Of a stretch of DNA of 64,000 bases, positions 59,859-64,000 are shown one piece after another. The DNA is taken from NCBI GenBank assembly GCA_902603945.1, contig CACKWP010000001.1:38742-102741 (forward strand). Reading direction: 5' to 3'. The notes beneath the pieces are model-generated. The model was not told the DNA's origin and made no database searches. It worked only from the letters and a program-made list of their open reading frames with translations. The translations under genes and the position numbers were made by a program. The stretch's first letter is position 1. The number at the start of each line of letters is the position of its first letter. Source of the DNA: an uncultured Pelagibacteraceae bacterium (lineage in GTDB: Bacteria > Pseudomonadota > Alphaproteobacteria > Pelagibacterales > Pelagibacteraceae).

Positions 59859-60728
59859 TTATTTTTGGCATTTACTACAAAAAAATGATGCCCGATTGGC
59901 TATTACAATTTTTTTAATCTTACCTAAGCACTTAACCTTAGAGCAATTTTCACCTTTTTTTCCATAAACGCTAAAATGTTGCTGAAACAAACCTTTTTTT
60001 CCACTGCCACTAGAAAAATCTTTGATGGATGAACCTCCAAGTATAATTGCTTTAGTGATTATTTTTTTTGAAAATTTTATAATTTTTTGAATCTCAGAAT
60101 TTGTAAGTTTTTTTATTTTTTTTGTAGGTCTTACCCCGCTAAAAAAAAGAATTTCGTTTACATAAATATTGCCAAGTCCAGATATAAATTTTTGATCCAT
60201 TAATAAATCCTTTATTGTTCTTTCTCTTCCTTTTATGAAATTTTTAAAGTATTCAACACTAAATTCAGTGCTTAAAGGTTCGGGCCCTAAATGTTTAAGG
60301 TGGATATTTTGGTCCAAACTAACTCTTTTTACAAACTTTATAAAACCAAATTTTCTAATATCATTATAAATCAATTTATTATCATTTGATAAATCAAAGA
60401 TTATGCGATCATGTTTTTTATCTTTTTCTTCATTTAAATCGTAATAAAAACTCGTTTTATATTTTCTTCTTTTGCTGTTAACAAAAAAAAATTTTCCAGT
60501 CATACCTAAATGCACTAACATTACAATTTCTTTATCAAAGAAAAATAATAGATATTTAGATCTCCTGGAAATTTTTTTAAACTTTAACCCAATAATCTTT
60601 TTGATTTTATTTCTATTAATTTTGTATCGTAGTCTCCCATCATTTATTTTGACCGCTTTTATAATTAAATTTTGAGTTTTATTAGTTAAAGACCTTTTAA
60701 CAACTTCAACTTCTGGTAATTCTGGCAT
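59859..60728 (-). CDS. mutM: Formamidopyrimidine-DNA glycosylase
   Basis: MPELPEVE, HLGMTG, GLGNIY, C-terminal zinc finger. Confidence 0.96.
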   Translation of the reverse strand: MPELPEVEVVKRSLTNKTQNLIIKAVKINDGRLRYKINRNKIKKIIGLKFKKISRRSKYLLFFFDKEIVMLVHLGMTGKFFFVNSKRRKYKTSFYYDLNEEKDKKHDRIIFDLSNDNKLIYNDIRKFGFIKFVKRVSLDQNIHLKHLGPEPLSTEFSVEYFKNFIKGRERTIKDLLMDQKFISGLGNIYVNEILFFSGVRPTKKIKKLTNSEIQKIIKFSKKIITKAIILGGSSIKDFSSGSGKKGLFQQHFSVYGKKGENCSKVKCLGKIKKIVIANRASFFCSKCQK

Positions 60729-60739
60729 ATAATTAAATT

Positions 60740-61444
60740 ATGAAAAGCACTATTCAAGATAAAGCAAAATTAGTCAATTCTGTATTTTCGGAAGTTTACA
60801 AGAAATATGACTTCATGAATGATATAATGTCCTTGGGAATACATCGTATTTGGAAGGATAAATTTATTGACTGGATGAATCCTTCTAATGACTCCTCTTT
60901 GATTGATGTCGCATCAGGCACTGGAGATATAGCAAAACTATTTTCTTTACGGAATAAAAATCTATCAACGGTCACTTGCATAGAGCCAAACGATCACATG
61001 TTTAAGGAAGGAAAAAAAAATCTTGCGAATTTTAAGAATATCAAATGGATTAAGTCTACTGCTGAAAATTTACCTGTTGATGATAATATTTATGACTTTT
61101 ATTCAATTAGCTATGGCATACGAAATGTTTCTGATATTAATAAAGCTCTCAAAGAAGCTTACAGAGTTTTAAAACCAGGTGGTCGTTTTATGTGTCTAGA
61201 ATTTTCAAAAATAAATAATGAATTATTAAGTTTTTTATATAAAAATTATTCAAAAGTCATACCTGCTTTAGGTAAATATGTTGTAGGATCATCAAAACCA
61301 TACGAATATTTGATTAACAGTATAGATGCTTTTTATAATCAAGATCAACTTTTAGAACTAATAACTAAAAATGGGTTTACCAATGTAGAATACAGAAATC
61401 TCACAAACGGTATATCAGCTATACATTCTGGATGGAAAATTTAA
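60740..61444 (+). CDS. ubiE: Ubiquinone/menaquinone C-methyltransferase
   Basis: YDFMNDIMSLGIHRIWK, DVASGTGD, GIRNV, CLEFS. Confidence 0.94.
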   Translation: MKSTIQDKAKLVNSVFSEVYKKYDFMNDIMSLGIHRIWKDKFIDWMNPSNDSSLIDVASGTGDIAKLFSLRNKNLSTVTCIEPNDHMFKEGKKNLANFKNIKWIKSTAENLPVDDNIYDFYSISYGIRNVSDINKALKEAYRVLKPGGRFMCLEFSKINNELLSFLYKNYSKVIPALGKYVVGSSKPYEYLINSIDAFYNQDQLLELITKNGFTNVEYRNLTNGISAIHSGWKI

Positions 61445-63004
61445 ATGTTAAAAAGAGTTTTTAAGTTATTTCAAATTGCTAGGAAACTGTCTACCTCAGG
61501 TGCAATTGACACAATAAATCAAGTATATCAAATACCAGTGTCTGTAAATTTATTCTTCAGTTTAATTTCTTTTGGTTCGAAAAATACTCAATTAAAAAAT
61601 AATAACCCAGGTCAAAATCTTTGTGAAGCACTTCAAGGAATGGGTACTACATTTATAAAACTTGGGCAATTTTTAGCTACACGACCAGATATAATCGGTG
61701 AAGAAATGGCAAAAGATTTAGAAAAACTTCAAGATAAAGTTCCAGCTTTTGAACTTTATGAGGCAAAAAAAGTTATTAAAAAAGAGATTGGTGAGAAACA
61801 ATACCAAAATATTATTCAAATTGGAGAGCCGATAGCGGCAGCATCTATTGCTCAAGTTCATTTTGCAAAAATAAAAAATGAAAATCAAGAAAAACAGGTA
61901 GCAATAAAAATCTTACGACCAGATATTGAAAAATTGTTTAATGAAGAATTGGATGCCCTTATGTTGTTTGCATATATCGTTGAAAATACAATTTCAAAAG
62001 CTAAGAGATTAAAACTAGTAGAAGTAGTGCACCTTTTAAGAGAAATCACTAATATTGAAATGGATCTGAGATTTGAGGCTGCTGCTGCTAACGAATTATA
62101 TGAAAATACGAAACTTGATAAGGGATTTAATGTTCCTAAAATTTATTGGAACTATACAACAAAAAGAATACTCACTTTAGATAAAGTAGATGGGATATCA
62201 ATTAGAGAGCATAAAAAATTAAAAGAACAGGGCGTCAAGCTAAAACAATTAGCTGAGAATTTAATTCAACACTTTTTAAAGCAAGCAGTAAGAGATGGTT
62301 TCTTTCACGGTGATATGCATCAAGGAAATTTATTTGTAGATGCTAAAGGAAATATAGTTCCAGTTGATTTTGGGATTATGGGTAGATTGGACAAAAATAA
62401 TAGAAAGTTTTTAGCAGAAATTTTGTATGGGTTTATTAAAAGAGATTACATAAAAGTTGCCGAGGTTCATTTTCAAGCCGGTTTAGTACCTCGCGACGCC
62501 TCAAAAGAAGAATTTGCTCAAGCATTACGTTCTGTTGGGGAACCAATATTTGGACAGTCTATAAAAGATATTTCCGGCGGTAATTTATTAGCTCAATTAT
62601 TTGAGATTACTGAAAAATTTAACATGGCAACTCAGCCTCCACTTCTGTTATTGCAGAAAACGATGGTAGTAGTTGAAGGTGTTGCTCGTAAACTGTATCC
62701 CGAAACAAATATCTGGGAGGTTTCAAGGCCAGTACTAGAAGATTGGTTAAAAAACTTAAAAAGTCCTAAATCTACTTTCGATACAGCTTTAAACACATCT
62801 GCAGAAATAATTAAACGCATACCTGATTTTCCAGGATTAATGGATAGAGCAGATTATGCTTTAAAAATGATGGCTGAAGGAAAATTAAGTCTAGGGATTA
62901 ACAACAAAAATCTGGAAATGGAACAGATGAAACTCAAAAATTTCAGAAACAACATATTAATAAGTTTTTTTGGTATTATAATTGTATTTTTATTAGTATT
63001 CTAA
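61445..63004 (+). CDS. ubiB: Ubiquinone biosynthesis protein UbiB (ABC1 kinase-like)
   Basis: IKLGQFLATRPD, AAASIAQVH, GFFHGDMHQGN, DFGIMG. Confidence 0.95.
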   Translation: MLKRVFKLFQIARKLSTSGAIDTINQVYQIPVSVNLFFSLISFGSKNTQLKNNNPGQNLCEALQGMGTTFIKLGQFLATRPDIIGEEMAKDLEKLQDKVPAFELYEAKKVIKKEIGEKQYQNIIQIGEPIAAASIAQVHFAKIKNENQEKQVAIKILRPDIEKLFNEELDALMLFAYIVENTISKAKRLKLVEVVHLLREITNIEMDLRFEAAAANELYENTKLDKGFNVPKIYWNYTTKRILTLDKVDGISIREHKKLKEQGVKLKQLAENLIQHFLKQAVRDGFFHGDMHQGNLFVDAKGNIVPVDFGIMGRLDKNNRKFLAEILYGFIKRDYIKVAEVHFQAGLVPRDASKEEFAQALRSVGEPIFGQSIKDISGGNLLAQLFEITEKFNMATQPPLLLLQKTMVVVEGVARKLYPETNIWEVSRPVLEDWLKNLKSPKSTFDTALNTSAEIIKRIPDFPGLMDRADYALKMMAEGKLSLGINNKNLEMEQMKLKNFRNNILISFFGIIIVFLLVF

Positions 63005-63014
63005 ATTTAGAATT

Positions 63015-64000
63015 ATGACATTTAAAAATAAAAAAATATTGATTATTGTAGGAGGGGGAATAGCTGCGTATAAAACTCTAGACCTAATTAGATTGCTTAA
63101 AAAAAATGGCGCGGAGATTAAAACTATCCTTACGAAAAGCGGTAAAGAATTTGTGACTTCTTTATCGATAACAACTTTAACAGGCACCAAGACTTTTGAA
63201 AATTTATTTGACAAAGAATTGGAAGAAGAAATAGATCATATAGGACTATCTCGATGGGCTGATATAATTATTGTAATGCCAACCACTGCTAACTTTATGA
63301 GCAAACTAACAAGTGGAAAAGCCGAGGATTTAGCCACTACAGTAATATTGGCGGCTGATAAAGATATCTTATTAGTTCCAGCAATGAATGTAAGAATGTG
63401 GTTACACAAGGCTACTCAAAAGAATTTAGAAGTTTTACAAGATTATGGTTATTTGTTTGTTGGGCCAGAAAAAGGGGAAATGGCTTGTGGAGAATTTGGT
63501 GAAGGTAAAATGTCAAGCCCAAGACAAATTTTCTTTTTTCTAAAGAATTATTTTCATAAAAAAAATATTGTTAAAGATAAAAATTTAAAAGCATTAGTTA
63601 CCACTGGACCTACAAGAGAGTACTTAGATCCAATTAGATACATTTCTAATGAGTCAAGTGGAAAACAAGGATATGAGATAGCTTTAGCACTTGATAAATT
63701 AGGAATAAAAACAACTTTAATAGCAGGTCCCTCAACATTTGTAGTTCCTAAAAATATTAAAGTAAAAAAAATTACTTCAGCAGATGAAATGCTATCTGAA
63801 GTAAAAAAAACTTTACCAGTTGATTTAGCTGTGTGTGCAGCTGCAGTAGCTGATTTTAAACCAATCCAAAAAAATAAAAATAAATTAAAAAAAGATAAGT
63901 TAAATTTTGAGTCAATTAATTTTATAAAAAATAATGATATACTTGAGTTTATATCTAAAAATAATAAAAGTAGGCCACGAATAGTAGCCGGTTTTTCTGC
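63015..64000 (+). CDS. coaBC: Bifunctional PPC decarboxylase/PPC synthetase (runs off window end; absent from ORF track)
   Basis: MTFKNKKILIIVGGGIAAYK, PAMNVRMW, MACGEFGEG, GPTREYLDPIRYISNESSGKQG, AAVADF. Confidence 0.93.
   Translation, partial: MTFKNKKILIIVGGGIAAYKTLDLIRLLKKNGAEIKTILTKSGKEFVTSLSITTLTGTKTFENLFDKELEEEIDHIGLSRWADIIIVMPTTANFMSKLTSGKAEDLATTVILAADKDILLVPAMNVRMWLHKATQKNLEVLQDYGYLFVGPEKGEMACGEFGEGKMSSPRQIFFFLKNYFHKKNIVKDKNLKALVTTGPTREYLDPIRYISNESSGKQGYEIALALDKLGIKTTLIAGPSTFVVPKNIKVKKITSADEMLSEVKKTLPVDLAVCAAAVADFKPIQKNKNKLKKDKLNFESINFIKNNDILEFISKNNKSRPRIVAGFS

Overview
Very AT-rich, gene-dense chromosomal segment with tiny intergenic gaps and many overlapping stop/start codons. Gene content and order (trpFBA-accD-folC/trxA; murU-amgK-tsaE-ahcY-chvG-chvI-polA; regA/regB; gyrB-dnaN-dnaA-rpsT-mutM/ubiE-ubiB-coaBC) fit a streamlined alphaproteobacterium, most likely SAR11/Pelagibacterales (inference). 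I saw no rRNA, tRNA, CRISPR array, transposase or prophage. Points worth a second look: (1) a tryptophan synthase with substitutions at several normally near-invariant active-site and alpha/beta interface residues; (2) a polyamine operon (fold-III decarboxylase + deoxyhypusine-synthase-like + ureohydrolase) lying antisense between regA and regB, whose logic suggests an agmatine route to homospermidine; (3) an ADP-ribosylglycohydrolase-fold protein resembling animal SelJ/J1-crystallin, coupled to an atypical RlmN; (4) a tandem pair of related long hairpins ahead of rmuC-sbcB, which sit where addAB usually lies; (5) a structured leader on a 63-aa ORF; (6) an RND adaptor lacking its alpha-helical hairpin; (7) four micro-ORFs missing from the ORF track; and (8) back-to-back, probably leaderless promoters. 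All family calls come from motif recognition and recalled consensus sequences, not database searches.
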